From Chloroflexota bacterium (GTDB taxonomy: Bacteria > Chloroflexota > Dehalococcoidia > SM23-28-2 > RBG-16-64-32): a DNA stretch of 64,000 nt. The stretch covers positions 190,886-254,885 of the forward strand of contig JAJCYV010000022.1 in assembly GCA_029262695.1 (NCBI GenBank), read 5' to 3'. A program made the position numbers and the translations under genes. Below are positions 19,941 to 31,607 of this stretch, in pieces; position 1 is the stretch's first letter; every line of letters starts with the position of its first letter. The notes under the pieces were generated by a model. The model saw nothing but the letters and a program-made list of their open reading frames with translations, was not told where the DNA came from and searched no databases.

Positions 19941-21404
19941 ATGACACAAACGACGCAGGACAAGACCGCCCTTCGCGGGCCGACGAAGTTCCTGATCAAC
20001 GGCGAGTGGGTCGAGCCTGTTTCCGGCAAGTACTACGACGACGTCAACCCGAGTACCGGCGACACGCTCACTCAGGTCGCCGAGGGCGGCGCCGAAGACA
20101 TCGACCGCGCCGTGAAGGCCGCCCGTGCCGCGTTCGAAGGACCGTGGGCGAAGGTCCACCCCGGCGACCGCGGCCGCATGCTGGTCAAGCTGGCAGAGCT
20201 GGTACGCGCCAACGCCCAGGAGCTGGCAGAGATCGACGCGCTCGACGCCGGCAAGCCCGTCACCAACAGCCTGCGCGTCGACATCCCGGCCGCGATCGAC
20301 TGCTTCGAGTACTACGCCGGCTGGGCGGACAAGCTCCACGGCGAGACAGTTCCCGTGCGCGCGCCCGCGTTCACGTACCTCGTGCGGCAGCCGGTCGGCG
20401 TCGTCGGGCAGATCATCCCCTGGAACTTCCCCGTGATGATGGCGGCCTGGAAGCTGGCGCCGGCGCTCGCCTGCGGCAACACGGTCGTGCTCAAGCCGGC
20501 GGAGCAATCGCCGCTGTCGGCGCTCAAGCTGGGCGAGCTGTGCCTCGAGGCCGGTTTCCCACCGGGCGTCGTCAACATCGTCACCGGCTTCGGCGAGACA
20601 GGCGCCGCGCTCGTCGAACACGAGGACGTGGACAAGATCGCCTTCACCGGCAGCCCGGAGGTCGGCCGCATCATCGTGCACGCGTCCGCCGCCACCCTGA
20701 AGAAGGTCTCGCTCGAACTCGGCGGCAAGTCGCCGAACGTCATCCTCGCCGACGCCGACCTCGAAGCGGCGGTCCGCGGCGCCAGCGGCGGCGTCTTCTT
20801 CAACCAGGGCGAAGTCTGCAGCGCCGGCTCGCGCATCCTCGTCGAGCAGAGCATCTACGACGCCTTCCTGGACGGCCTCACGAAGCGCGCCGGCTCGATC
20901 AAGGTCGGCGACCCGCTCGACCCGGAGACGTACATGGGCCCGCTCGTCAACGACGAGCAGTTCGAGCGCGTGATGGGCTACATCGGCGTCGGGGTGGACG
21001 AGGGCGCAAAGCTGGTCACGGGCGGCGGCCGCATCGGCGACCGCGGCTTCTTCGTGGAGCCGACCGTCTTCGCCGGCGTCGACAACCGCATGCGCATCGC
21101 CCGGGAAGAGATCTTCGGCCCGGTGGCGTCCGTAATCCCGGTCAAGGACGTCGACGACGCCGTCCGCATCGCCAACGACTCCAGCTACGGCCTGGCGGCG
21201 GCGGTCTGGACGCGCGACGTAGCGCGGGCGCACGACGTGGCAGCACGGCTCAAAGCGGGCACGGTCTGGGTCAACACCTACGGCGCGACCGATACGCGCT
21301 CGCCGTGGGGCGGCTTCAAGGACAGCGGCTTCGGCCGTGAACTGGGCCGCCAGGCGCTCGACCTTTACACTGAATACAAGGCAGTTTGGATCAACCTCAA
21401 GTAG
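19941..21404 (+). CDS. Aldehyde dehydrogenase 1
   Basis: [30 protein letters not shown]. Confidence 0.95.
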   Translation: MTQTTQDKTALRGPTKFLINGEWVEPVSGKYYDDVNPSTGDTLTQVAEGGAEDIDRAVKAARAAFEGPWAKVHPGDRGRMLVKLAELVRANAQELAEIDALDAGKPVTNSLRVDIPAAIDCFEYYAGWADKLHGETVPVRAPAFTYLVRQPVGVVGQIIPWNFPVMMAAWKLAPALACGNTVVLKPAEQSPLSALKLGELCLEAGFPPGVVNIVTGFGETGAALVEHEDVDKIAFTGSPEVGRIIVHASAATLKKVSLELGGKSPNVILADADLEAAVRGASGGVFFNQGEVCSAGSRILVEQSIYDAFLDGLTKRAGSIKVGDPLDPETYMGPLVNDEQFERVMGYIGVGVDEGAKLVTGGGRIGDRGFFVEPTVFAGVDNRMRIAREEIFGPVASVIPVKDVDDAVRIANDSSYGLAAAVWTRDVARAHDVAARLKAGTVWVNTYGATDTRSPWGGFKDSGFGRELGRQALDLYTEYKAVWINLK

Positions 21405-21429
21405 TGGGACAGCCCAGAAGGAGACAAGC

Positions 21430-22866
<1,437 letters not shown>

Positions 22867-22883
22867 CACACAGCCCGGCGAAC

Positions 22884-23058
22884 GTAGGGACAGACCTTCA
22901 GGTCTGTCAGAGAGGCGCTCCGCGGTTGCGGAGCGCCTCTTCGCGTTCAGGCAGCCGCGCCGAGATGTAGCGGAAGCCTTCAGGCTTCCAGGCGGGGTAG
23001 AGCGGGGCCATCGGTGGATGACCGACACGCCGCATGGAGGGCTGAAGCCCTCCGCTAC
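22884..23058. repeat. GTAG-family REP palindromes (22884-22908, 22967-22989, inverted 23036-23058) plus hairpin 22911-22939
   Basis: GTAG + stem with TTCA centre, e.g. GTAGCGGAAGCCTTCAGGCTTCC. Confidence 0.8.
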
Positions 23059-23160
23059 ATCATCTCTGGTTTGTGATCCAGGCTACGCAGCGGGAGTTGC
23101 ACGGTGGGCGTATAATCTGACGCGCGCAGCCTTTGCCCGCGCGAAAGGAGATAGCCCCAC

Positions 23161-24663
23161 ATGACTACAGAAGCCGCCCCGTCCCCAGGCGCCATATCCG
23201 GGAAAGAGTACCAGCTCCTGATCAACGGCGAGCACGTGCCAGCCAGCTCCGGCGAGACGCTGGAGCGACGCTACCCCGCCAACACAGACGTCGTCGTCGC
23301 CACGTTCCCGTCAGCCACGACGGAGGACACCGACAAGGCGATCGCCGCCGCCCGTGCCGCCTTCGACGGCGGCTCGTGGGCCAAAGTGCCCGCTCGCCAG
23401 CGCGCCGACGTCCTGCGCAAGGCTGCGCAGATCATCCGCGACGAGCTGCAGGACCTTTCCAGGCTGCTCGCTTCGGAGGTCGGCAAGCCCGTCAGCGAAG
23501 CCGGCATGGAAGTCGCGCTCACCGCGGACGTGTTCGAGTACTACGCCGGCCTGGCGATGAACGTAAAGGGCCAGGCGATCTCCAACATCGTCGACGACGC
23601 GCTCGGCCTCATCCTCAAGGAGCCAGTCGGCGTCGTCGGCATCATCACGCCGTGGAACTTCCCGATGCTGCTGGCGACGTGGAAGATCGCGCCGGCGCTG
23701 GCCACCGGCTGCACCGTCGTGATCAAGCCGGCAACGTACACGCCGTGCACCACGTTCGAACTCGGTCGCATCATCACAGAGGCCGGCGCGCCGAAGGGCG
23801 TGTTCAACGTCGTCACAGGCTCCGGTAGGGTGGTCGGCGACCGGCTCGCCGCGTCGATGGACGTCGACAAGATCGCCTTCACCGGCTCGACAGAGGTCGG
23901 CCAGAGCGTGATGCGCTCGGCCGCCAGCAACGTCAAGAAGATTTCGCTCGAACTGGGCGGCAAATCCCCAAACATCGTCTTCGCCGACGCCAACCTGCAG
24001 AGCGCCGTCATCGGTTCGCTGTTCGGGATCTACCTCAACGCCGGGCAAGTCTGCCAGGCGGGCTCCCGCTTGCTGGTGGAGGAGAGCGTACACGAGCAGT
24101 TCCTGAACATGTTCAACAACTTCGTCGGCGGTATGACGGTCGGCGACCCGATGGACCCGGCGACGCGCATGGGCCCCGTCGTTTCCGACGACCAGCTGAA
24201 CACGGTTGAGACGTACGTCAAGGCCGGCCAGGACGAGAAGGCGTCGCTCATTCGCGGCGGCAACCGCGTGACCGGCGAGGGCCTGGACAAGGGCTACTTC
24301 TTCGAGCCGACGATCTTCGACAAGGTGGACAACCGGATGAAGATCGCCCAGGAGGAGATCTTTGGCCCGGTGCTGACGATCATCCCCTTCAGCACGCCGG
24401 AAGAGGCGCTCAAGATCGCCAACGAGTCGATGTACGGCCTCGCCGCCGCGGTCTGGACACAGGACATCGACAAGGCGCTGAAGTTCGCCAAGAACATCAA
24501 GGCCGGCACCGTGTGGGTCAACTCCTACCACACCGCCGGCGCGCTCGGCGTTCCAGTCATGCCGTTCGGCGGCTACAAGCAGTCGGGCATCGGCCGTGAG
24601 CTGGGCCTTGAGGGCATGGACATGTTCCTGGAGACGAAGAGCGTAGCGATCAAGCTCAGCTGA
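23161..24663 (+). CDS. Aldehyde dehydrogenase 3
   Basis: [26 protein letters not shown]. Confidence 0.95.
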   Translation: MTTEAAPSPGAISGKEYQLLINGEHVPASSGETLERRYPANTDVVVATFPSATTEDTDKAIAAARAAFDGGSWAKVPARQRADVLRKAAQIIRDELQDLSRLLASEVGKPVSEAGMEVALTADVFEYYAGLAMNVKGQAISNIVDDALGLILKEPVGVVGIITPWNFPMLLATWKIAPALATGCTVVIKPATYTPCTTFELGRIITEAGAPKGVFNVVTGSGRVVGDRLAASMDVDKIAFTGSTEVGQSVMRSAASNVKKISLELGGKSPNIVFADANLQSAVIGSLFGIYLNAGQVCQAGSRLLVEESVHEQFLNMFNNFVGGMTVGDPMDPATRMGPVVSDDQLNTVETYVKAGQDEKASLIRGGNRVTGEGLDKGYFFEPTIFDKVDNRMKIAQEEIFGPVLTIIPFSTPEEALKIANESMYGLAAAVWTQDIDKALKFAKNIKAGTVWVNSYHTAGALGVPVMPFGGYKQSGIGRELGLEGMDMFLETKSVAIKLS

Positions 24664-24789
24664 TCTGCGATCGGAAGCGGATGAAACGGCTCGCGGCCTG
24701 CCCGCGGGCCGTTCTCTTCTGCCCTGCCCTTGACGGCTGCAGCAGATGTTCGGTACGTTCCCGGAGCAAGCCGCAGAGACGCGAAGGGG

Positions 24790-25512
24790 ATGCTGGTGGA
24801 CAGGCACACGATCGTGACCCGAAGACCGTTTCCGCTCCTGCTTGTCCCGCTCTGCCTCGTCCTGGCCGCGCTGGCCGCCTGTGGTGGCACGGACAACGGC
24901 TCTTCCAGCGATCCGGCGGCCACGTCGCCGGACGAGCTTCCGGTTGCCGAACTCGGCACACGCTGGGCCACGGCCGAGGCGCAGTCGCTCCAGGCGCTCG
25001 TCGCCTCCACCAACTGGCACTTCACCGCCGAGGTCATCGGCCTCGACCATCAGGAAGAGATCGACCTCGTACCGGACGTGCCCGGCGCGACTCCCGCGCC
25101 GCCGCACCCCGACAAGCCGATACCAGCGAACGACGGCCCGCCGCCCCTTCCCGTCTCGTACTGGGAAGTGCGCGTCACCGACGTAATCTCCGGCGACCTC
25201 AGCCCCGGCGACACGATCCTCATCCGCCAGATGGGCGGCGTTCACGAACAATCGACCGGATCTCTGATCCGCGTCCAGTTCGAGGACGACCCGCCGCTGG
25301 CACCGGGTGAAGAGTACCTGCTCTTCACGCAGGCTTCGTCGAGCAACGTTGTGCAGACTTCTCCCTTCATGCGCATGCAGGTGAACGCGGACGGTTCCTA
25401 CGCCGCCGAAGCGGGGTGGGGCGGCCTGGGCGCGATGGCGGAGATCTCCTCGCTGAGTTCTCCCAGCGCGAAAAGCGCGATCAGGGCCGCGGCCGAAGGA
25501 GCCGGAGAATGA
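24790..25512 (+). CDS. Lipoprotein, coupled to the downstream protease
   Basis: Lipobox LAAC; ATGA overlap with the next gene. Confidence 0.75.
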   Translation: MLVDRHTIVTRRPFPLLLVPLCLVLAALAACGGTDNGSSSDPAATSPDELPVAELGTRWATAEAQSLQALVASTNWHFTAEVIGLDHQEEIDLVPDVPGATPAPPHPDKPIPANDGPPPLPVSYWEVRVTDVISGDLSPGDTILIRQMGGVHEQSTGSLIRVQFEDDPPLAPGEEYLLFTQASSSNVVQTSPFMRMQVNADGSYAAEAGWGGLGAMAEISSLSSPSAKSAIRAAAEGAGE

Positions 25513-28493
25513 ACCGCCGATACGCGCTCGCGCTGACCGCGGTCGTGCTGACGGTCACCGGCATCCTTGCTGGCCTCCAGTTGAACTCCGCTCTAGCGAA
25601 CCACAACCCGGCAGAGGAGCCCGAAAAGAGACTCTTCGGCGAACGCTGGTACCACTCGCCTAACGGCACGCCTTACGTGGAACTCTCCACTAGTTCTGTC
25701 CGCAACGGTTGCGACGGCGACCCCGTGGCCTGTGGCGCGAAATGGAACGGCCCGGTTTCCGGCGGCATCATCGACTGGAACCTGCAGGAAACGACCGTCC
25801 TCTTCGACCCGCAGGGCGACCAGAGCCACTTCTACGACGTCAACATCCAGATCCTTGATAGGCTCTGCGACGCTGACCCGTCACTGCAGCCGGCACCGCC
25901 GGACGACTTCTCCTGTACAGATCTCGGAGTGCAGGCCCCTTACGACTCGAACTACGACTACTGCACCGCCGCCTGCACGACGTACTACGCGTGGGTGTTC
26001 ATCAGCGACGATGAGCACACCGGCCCGTTCGGCGTGCCAGACCAACGCCAGGGCACGGCAGCCCACGAGCTGGGCCACGCCCTGAACCTGAAACACGAGA
26101 GTTCGGGCCTGCCCTGCGGCACGGGCCCCGGCGCCATCGACATCCCGCACTCGGTGGAGGCGTACAACTGCATCGACCCGCCCGCCGAACTCATCGCCGG
26201 CAACCCCGGCCAGGACGAGGGCTACGTACACGACTGGGACGTCTGCGGCGTCAACCACGCCTACCCCGACACCACGATCGGCACCGCCGGCTGCGCGCCG
26301 ACGTGCGGCGGCACGAATGGCGGCTTCGAGAACGGGCTCACTGGCTGGACCCAGGGCACCGTGACTGAGAGCATCACGGCTGTCGGCGTCGACAACATCA
26401 GTGCGGGCAACAACGCCTCGCCGCTCGAAGGCTTGAAGATGGCCCGGCTGGGTCAGAAACAGTCGTCATCCGGGCCGAACCAGCCCGAGGGCCCAAACCA
26501 GCTGTTCCAGATCTTCACGGTGAACAACCCTCAGTTGCGCTGCGCCTACGAGCTGTTCACGTACGACTACTTCGGCTTCGACGAGATCACCGTGGAGCTG
26601 ACCCGCGTCGACACGGGCGCCGTAATCTACTCAACGCGCACGGGCGCGTGGGGCCCCAGTGGCAACACCGACCTGAAGCGGACCGGCTGGAGGATCGTCA
26701 ACGTAGACATGCGCAACCATCTGGGCCGGCAGGTGAAGCTCCAGTTCAGCGCCGCCGGCACCAGCGACAGCCTCTACGCCACCTGGGGCTACGTCGATTC
26801 GGCCGAGATGCAGAAGCCCCTGGACGTCGTCGATACGCCGGCGACTACCGTCGGCGGCGAACCGCCGATGATCGACCCTAACACCGGTCAGATCGTCGTG
26901 CCGGTGTCGCCCGGCGACGACACGGTTCAGATCTCGACTCCGGTCACGTGTCCGGGCGGGGCGTCGCCAACGTCCGTGAGCGCGACCCTCAGCGAGGCGC
27001 CGGAGAGCCCTGTTGCCGCCCCCACTATCACGATCTCCCTCACCAAGGGCGCCGGCGATATCTGGTCGGGCACCTTCAACCTGCCACCGGGCCAGCCGGA
27101 CGCCACCGTCTGGGACCTCAACTACATCGTCAACTGCCCGGACAGCCCGGTCCCGATCGCCGTGCCCGTCGGCAAGGTGATCCTCATCGACCCCAGCGGC
27201 TTCATCACCGACGCCGTCACCAGTCTGCCGATCCCGGGCGCGACCGTCTGGCTGCAGATCTTCAAGGACGGCACGTGGCAGAACTCCAACCCGTTCTTCC
27301 TGATCGACGGCCAGCCGACGATCTCCCCTCAGATCAACCCGCAGACAACCGACAGCAAAGGCCACTACGGCTGGGACGTCGCCGCCGGCAAGTACCGCGT
27401 CGTCGTCACAGCCGACGGCTACATCGGCCAGACCAGCTACGAGGTCAACATCCCACCACCGGTCTTCGACCTCAACCTGGCGCTACAGCCGATCGGCAGC
27501 GGCGGCACGCCAACTCCGACTCCGGTCCCAACGACGCCACCGCCGAGCGGCGTGACCTGGGGCGACGTCAACTGCTCCGGCGGCGGCCCGAACCCGGTCG
27601 ACTCGCTCTTGATCCTGCGCGACGACGCCGGCATCTCTTCCCTGACGGTGCAGGGCGTCTGCCCGCTGCTCGGCACGCAACTGCCGGTCAACGGCGCCCT
27701 GCGATTCTGGGGCGACCTGGACTGCTCCGGTAGTCCACCAGACCCGGTCGACGCGCTCAAGACGCTGCGCCACGACGCCGGCCTGAGCGTGCCGAAAGCA
27801 GACCCGACCTGCCCCAACGCCGGCTCGCCCGTGAACCTGGGTTCGGCCCCCACGCCGACGCCGGTGGCCACGCCAACCCCAACAGCGGCTCCGACGAACA
27901 CGCCGACGCCATCGCCAACGGCGTCACCCAGCCCGTCACCGACGGCAGTCCCGACGGCGTCGCCCAGCCCGTCACCGACGCCGGCGCCCACCGTGCCTCC
28001 TAGTCCGACGACGAGCTGTCCCGGCAGCGGCGCTGGCTTCCCGTTCACCATTCCAGACCTCGACGAACCCGGTGGCCCGGCCGGCATCACGCTCTCCCTT
28101 CTCGGCCAGACCGGCGGCACGATCACCGACCTCGACATCTGCGTCAACGTCGACCACACGTGGGTGGGCGACCTCTTCGTCGAGGTCGAGCACGTCGACA
28201 CGGGAACGACGGTCACGCTGATCGATCAGCCTGGACTACCCGGCGTCGCCTTCGGCTGCTCCGGAGAAAACATCCGTGCCCTGATGGCAGACGAGGCCGC
28301 CACACCGATCGAAGGCGAATGCGCTGGGTCAACGCCGACGATCAACGGCGCGTTCCGGCCGAACCAGCCGCTGAGCGCCTTCGACGGCGAGCAGAGAGCC
28401 GGTGACTGGGAAGTCCGGTTCTTCGACGTGGAGGGCGATCTCCACGAAGTCGGCTCCGTAGTAGGCGCCTCGTTCTTCTTCACGAATCAGTAG
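25509..28493 (+). CDS. Secreted multidomain metzincin-like protease (HELGHALNLKH) with carboxypeptidase-regulatory-like, dockerin-like, Pro/Thr linker and proprotein-convertase P domains
   Basis: Signal peptide; zinc motif; IDPSG/PQTTDSKGHY; WGDVNC..VDSLLILR / WGDLDC..VDALKTLR; HTWVGDL, GDWEV. Confidence 0.85.
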   Translation: MNRRYALALTAVVLTVTGILAGLQLNSALANHNPAEEPEKRLFGERWYHSPNGTPYVELSTSSVRNGCDGDPVACGAKWNGPVSGGIIDWNLQETTVLFDPQGDQSHFYDVNIQILDRLCDADPSLQPAPPDDFSCTDLGVQAPYDSNYDYCTAACTTYYAWVFISDDEHTGPFGVPDQRQGTAAHELGHALNLKHESSGLPCGTGPGAIDIPHSVEAYNCIDPPAELIAGNPGQDEGYVHDWDVCGVNHAYPDTTIGTAGCAPTCGGTNGGFENGLTGWTQGTVTESITAVGVDNISAGNNASPLEGLKMARLGQKQSSSGPNQPEGPNQLFQIFTVNNPQLRCAYELFTYDYFGFDEITVELTRVDTGAVIYSTRTGAWGPSGNTDLKRTGWRIVNVDMRNHLGRQVKLQFSAAGTSDSLYATWGYVDSAEMQKPLDVVDTPATTVGGEPPMIDPNTGQIVVPVSPGDDTVQISTPVTCPGGASPTSVSATLSEAPESPVAAPTITISLTKGAGDIWSGTFNLPPGQPDATVWDLNYIVNCPDSPVPIAVPVGKVILIDPSGFITDAVTSLPIPGATVWLQIFKDGTWQNSNPFFLIDGQPTISPQINPQTTDSKGHYGWDVAAGKYRVVVTADGYIGQTSYEVNIPPPVFDLNLALQPIGSGGTPTPTPVPTTPPPSGVTWGDVNCSGGGPNPVDSLLILRDDAGISSLTVQGVCPLLGTQLPVNGALRFWGDLDCSGSPPDPVDALKTLRHDAGLSVPKADPTCPNAGSPVNLGSAPTPTPVATPTPTAAPTNTPTPSPTASPSPSPTAVPTASPSPSPTPAPTVPPSPTTSCPGSGAGFPFTIPDLDEPGGPAGITLSLLGQTGGTITDLDICVNVDHTWVGDLFVEVEHVDTGTTVTLIDQPGLPGVAFGCSGENIRALMADEAATPIEGECAGSTPTINGAFRPNQPLSAFDGEQRAGDWEVRFFDVEGDLHEVGSVVGASFFFTNQ

Positions 28494-28578
28494 CGCCTGT
28501 CTCGCAGGCAAGTACCACATCACCGGCTACGGATAGGCACTCCACTCCTGATCGACGCGACGCACCGGGGCCTCTGAC

Positions 28579-28654
28579 AAAAGAAAGGGGCCCCGGACTA
28601 CTGGTTCCGGGGCCACCTTGGGGAGGGGGTGGGGCATTACTGCCGCCGTATCTA
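28579..28654 (-). ncRNA. Candidate small RNA with C-rich tract and intrinsic terminator
   Basis: Minus strand CCCCACCCCCTCCCC, then GGCCCCGGA..TCCGGGGCC + TTTCTTTT; no plausible ORF. Confidence 0.45.
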
Positions 28655-28687
28655 CGCCTGATCCTACGGGTCGGCCCCGCTCGCCGA

Positions 28688-28703
28688 TATGACATCCGTC
28701 ACA
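28688..28703. promoter_or_regulatory. CRP/FNR-type box
   Basis: TATGA-CATCCG-TCACA, one mismatch to TGTGA-N6-TCACA. Confidence 0.55.
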
Positions 28704-28779
28704 CAAGCACCCCACCTTTCCACTACAGGCGGCCCGCTATATCATTTGCCTCGCCAACCGCTTCTGGAAGGAGACCCCC

Positions 28780-30168
28780 ATGCCGGACGATACCCGTACT
28801 GAGAGCGACTCCATGGGCCCGATGCAGGTGCCCGCCTCCGCCTACTACGGCGCCTCCACCCAGCGCGCCGTGCTCAACTTCCCGATCAGCAGCCGCCGCT
28901 TCACCCGGCCGTTCATCCGGATCCTCGGCTTAACGAAGCTGGCCGCGGCGCGCGTCAACACGGGCCTCGGCCTCCTCGACGAGAAGCTCGCCGGCGCCAT
29001 CGAGGAGGCGGCGCGAGAAGTGGCCGACGGCAAGCTCGACGAGCACTTCGTCGTCGACATCTTCCAGACCGGCTCCGGCACCTCCACCAATATGAACGCC
29101 AACGAGGTGATCGCCCACCGCGCCACGGAAATCCTCGGCGGCGAGCCCGGATCGAAGCTCGTCCACCCGAACGATCACGTGAACAAGGGCCAGTCCTCGA
29201 ACGACGTCATCCCCACGGCCGTGCACGTATCGGCGCTGGTCGAGATCGAGCACGAGCTGGTGCCGGCGCTGGAGCACCTGCAGGCTGCGCTGGATGCGAA
29301 GTCGCGCGAGTTCTGGGGCGTGATCAAGACCGGGCGCACGCACCTCCAGGACGCCACTCCCGTCCGCCTTGGCCAGGAGTTCCTGGGCTACGCCGGCCAG
29401 GTTGAACGCGGCGTACGGCGCGCGCGCCACGCCGCTGAGGAGCTATCTGAGGTGGCGCTCGGCGGCACCGCCGTCGGCACGGGCGTGAACACGCACCCGG
29501 AGTTCGCCGCGCGCGCCTGCGCCGTGCTCTCGGAGGAGCTTGGCCTGACGGTGCGCGAGACGGATAACCACTTCCAGGCGCAGAACACTCTGGACGGCGT
29601 ACTGGAGGCCAGCGGCGCGCTGCGCACCGTGGCCGTCAGCCTGCAGAAGATCGCCAACGACATCCGCTGGCTCGGCTCCGGGCCGCGCGCCGGCCTCGGA
29701 GAGCTGACGCTGCCGGAGGTGCAGCCCGGAAGCTCGATCATGCCGGGCAAGGTGAACCCCGTGATCGCCGAATCGCTGCTGCAGGCGGTGGCGCAGGTGA
29801 TCGGCAACGACGGGGCGATCCTCATCGCAGCCCAGGGCGGCCACTTCGAGCTGAACATGATGCTACCGGTCGCCAGTCACAGCCTCCTCGACTCGATCGA
29901 GCTGCTGGCGGCCTCGGCCCGCAACTTCGCCGACCAGTGCGTCAGCGGCCTTGCGGCGACCGAGCACGGCCCGGCGACGGTGGAGCGCGGCCTCATGCTG
30001 GGTACGGCGCTAGCGCCCGCCGTCGGCTACGACGCAGCCGCCGCGATCGCCAAGGAGGCGTCGAAGACAGGCCGCACGATCCGCGAAGTCGCCCGCGAAC
30101 GCAGCGAGCTGTCGGAGGAGGAGCTGGAGGCTCTGCTCGATCCGGAGAAGATGACCGAGCCGGGATAA
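28780..30168 (+). CDS. fumC: Class II fumarate hydratase
   Basis: FQTGSGTSTNMN, GRTHLQDA, GSSIMPGKVNP. Confidence 0.95.
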   Translation: MPDDTRTESDSMGPMQVPASAYYGASTQRAVLNFPISSRRFTRPFIRILGLTKLAAARVNTGLGLLDEKLAGAIEEAAREVADGKLDEHFVVDIFQTGSGTSTNMNANEVIAHRATEILGGEPGSKLVHPNDHVNKGQSSNDVIPTAVHVSALVEIEHELVPALEHLQAALDAKSREFWGVIKTGRTHLQDATPVRLGQEFLGYAGQVERGVRRARHAAEELSEVALGGTAVGTGVNTHPEFAARACAVLSEELGLTVRETDNHFQAQNTLDGVLEASGALRTVAVSLQKIANDIRWLGSGPRAGLGELTLPEVQPGSSIMPGKVNPVIAESLLQAVAQVIGNDGAILIAAQGGHFELNMMLPVASHSLLDSIELLAASARNFADQCVSGLAATEHGPATVERGLMLGTALAPAVGYDAAAAIAKEASKTGRTIREVARERSELSEEELEALLDPEKMTEPG

Positions 30169-30178
30169 GCGCGCCCCG

Positions 30179-30694
30179 TCAGCCGCTGTCGCGATAGGGC
30201 CGCGGCGCTAAGAGGTCCCCGAGCAGGAAGAGCGCTCCGAAGACCAGCACGACGTCGCCGATGCTGAAGGCGCGGAACGGACTCAGGTCAGAAGTGAGCC
30301 TGTCCGAGAAGAAGTAGAGGTGGACGTCGTCGCGCTCCAGAAGCACGTCTTTCGTGTCTCTCACCCATTCGCCGATGCTCGCGTCTTCCGGGACATCGCC
30401 GGTCTTCTGTAGCGTCTCCGGCGTTATCGGCATCAGGCCGCCGTTGGCGACGATGGGCAGGAAGTTGAGGAGGACGCCGGCGCCGAAGAGGGCGACGCTG
30501 GGCCGGCGGACGTTGGCGAAGACGAAGACGATGAGGAGCAGGTAGGAAGCGATGAAGAGGATGCGGCGGAAGAGGTCGCCGGCGCCGAAGTCGCCGAAGA
30601 TGGTGATCAGTTGGATGGCGAGGGCGGCAGGGACGATTCCGGCGATCCGGAGTTCGACATCGGGGAACCGTAAACGCCAACGCGCGCCCATCAA
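30179..30694 (-). CDS. DUF5317-family membrane protein
   Basis: G..LN...I.ANGG.MP, L.F.SD, FSIGD motifs; multiple TM helices. Confidence 0.8.
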   Translation of the reverse strand: MMGARWRLRFPDVELRIAGIVPAALAIQLITIFGDFGAGDLFRRILFIASYLLLIVFVFANVRRPSVALFGAGVLLNFLPIVANGGLMPITPETLQKTGDVPEDASIGEWVRDTKDVLLERDDVHLYFFSDRLTSDLSPFRAFSIGDVVLVFGALFLLGDLLAPRPYRDSG

Positions 30695-30755
30695 GTCCAG
30701 AGCTTATCAGCCCCGAGGTCTGTGATGGACGCGTGCGTTGGTCTTGTTGCGATGT

Positions 30756-30845
30756 TTAGTTGCGGAGGAACGGTGCGCCCGCGACAGCGAGAGCAGCGCC
30801 AACAACCATCAGACTAAATGCAACGTAGGTGAGTCGGGCCTTCAT
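30756..30845 (-). CDS. Peptide A, MKARLTYVAFSLMVVGAALAVAGAPFLRN (29 aa)
   Basis: Manual translation; purine-rich RBS; TTGACA at 30920-30915 upstream. Confidence 0.7.
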   Translation of the reverse strand: MKARLTYVAFSLMVVGAALAVAGAPFLRN

Positions 30846-30890
30846 CCAAACCCCCCTTCCTTCAATGAATTACCCCTTTCAGGGCAGCCC

Positions 30891-30957
30891 ATTAATATCC
30901 CAATACTATTGGCTTGTCAAGGGTTTTGGATAGAAATCTCGAAGACTTGGGAGATTT
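30891..30957 (-). promoter_or_regulatory. Promoter for peptide A/DUF5317 with palindromic operators
   Basis: TTGACA plus AT-rich -10 region; CCAATA-C-TATTGG at 30900-30912 in the spacer; AAATCTC-N10-GAGATTT at 30934-30957. Confidence 0.6.
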
Positions 30958-30971
30958 AGCCAGTTATCGTA

Positions 30972-31012
30972 AAGCAAACACGGGGGCTCCGGACTTTCGG
31001 AGCTCCCCGTGT
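30972..31012 (-). terminator. Intrinsic terminator
   Basis: ACACGGGGAGCTCCG-AAAGT-CCGGAGCCCCCGTGT + TTGCTTT on the minus strand. Confidence 0.75.
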
Positions 31013-31205
31013 CTCGCTATTCGATTCCTGGCCCGTGGACTGCCGGTGCGCGCTGCCGAGGGAGGGCAGCTTACCCTGTCGGTCTCCCTGGTCAGCGCAG
31101 GCAGTAGGAGTGGTTGAGGGGGACCTGGGGCGGCCGCCAGCCTGTCTTCGTCGGAAGCGGCGGCGGCGGGGCGGGGCCCTTGTTGCGGGCCCCTTCTTGC
31201 GGGTC

Positions 31206-31337
31206 TTAGAGGAAGGGGCTTTGTGCTGCGACGGCGGCCAGGACCAGCGCCACGCTGGTGATCACCACGTTCAGCCGAATCGCCGGCCGGGAGTTCGTAT
31301 TCATTCCTTCCGGTCCGTTCTCACGTCGAATTGCCAT
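31206..31337 (-). CDS. Peptide B, (MAIRRENGPEG)MNTNSRPAIRLNVVITSVALVLAAVAAQSPFL (43 or 32 aa)
   Basis: Manual translation; starts at 31337 (AAGGA RBS) or 31304; paralogous to peptide C. Confidence 0.7.
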   Translation of the reverse strand: MAIRRENGPEGMNTNSRPAIRLNVVITSVALVLAAVAAQSPFL

Positions 31338-31349
31338 GCGAGCAGTCCT

Positions 31350-31445
31350 TTAGATTAGCGGGCTCTGCGCGGCCACCAGCGCCAGCAGCAGCGCCAGTGT
31401 TGTTACCGCCCTGTTGAAGCCAACTGTCTTTCCGATTCGCTTCAT
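31350..31445 (-). CDS. Peptide C, MKRIGKTVGFNRAVTTLALLLALVAAQSPLI (31 aa)
   Basis: Manual translation; shares VAAQSP end with peptide B. Confidence 0.72.
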   Translation of the reverse strand: MKRIGKTVGFNRAVTTLALLLALVAAQSPLI

Positions 31446-31499
31446 CAACTTGCTCGTACTACCTTAACGATTCCTTAGCCGATACCGATGAACCCGTAA

Positions 31500-31589
31500 C
31501 TAGGCGATCGCCTGGCGGCGGTCGTTGCGGCCACCCAGGCCCTGGTTGTCGAAGCTCCACTTGATCGCGTTGCGGGTTCGGTTCTTCAT
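31500..31589 (-). CDS. Peptide D, MKNRTRNAIKWSFDNQGLGGRNDRRQAIA (29 aa)
   Basis: Manual translation; GAGGAAG RBS; paralogue of peptide E. Confidence 0.75.
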   Translation of the reverse strand: MKNRTRNAIKWSFDNQGLGGRNDRRQAIA

Positions 31590-31607
31590 CTGATTCTTCC
31601 TCGCTGC

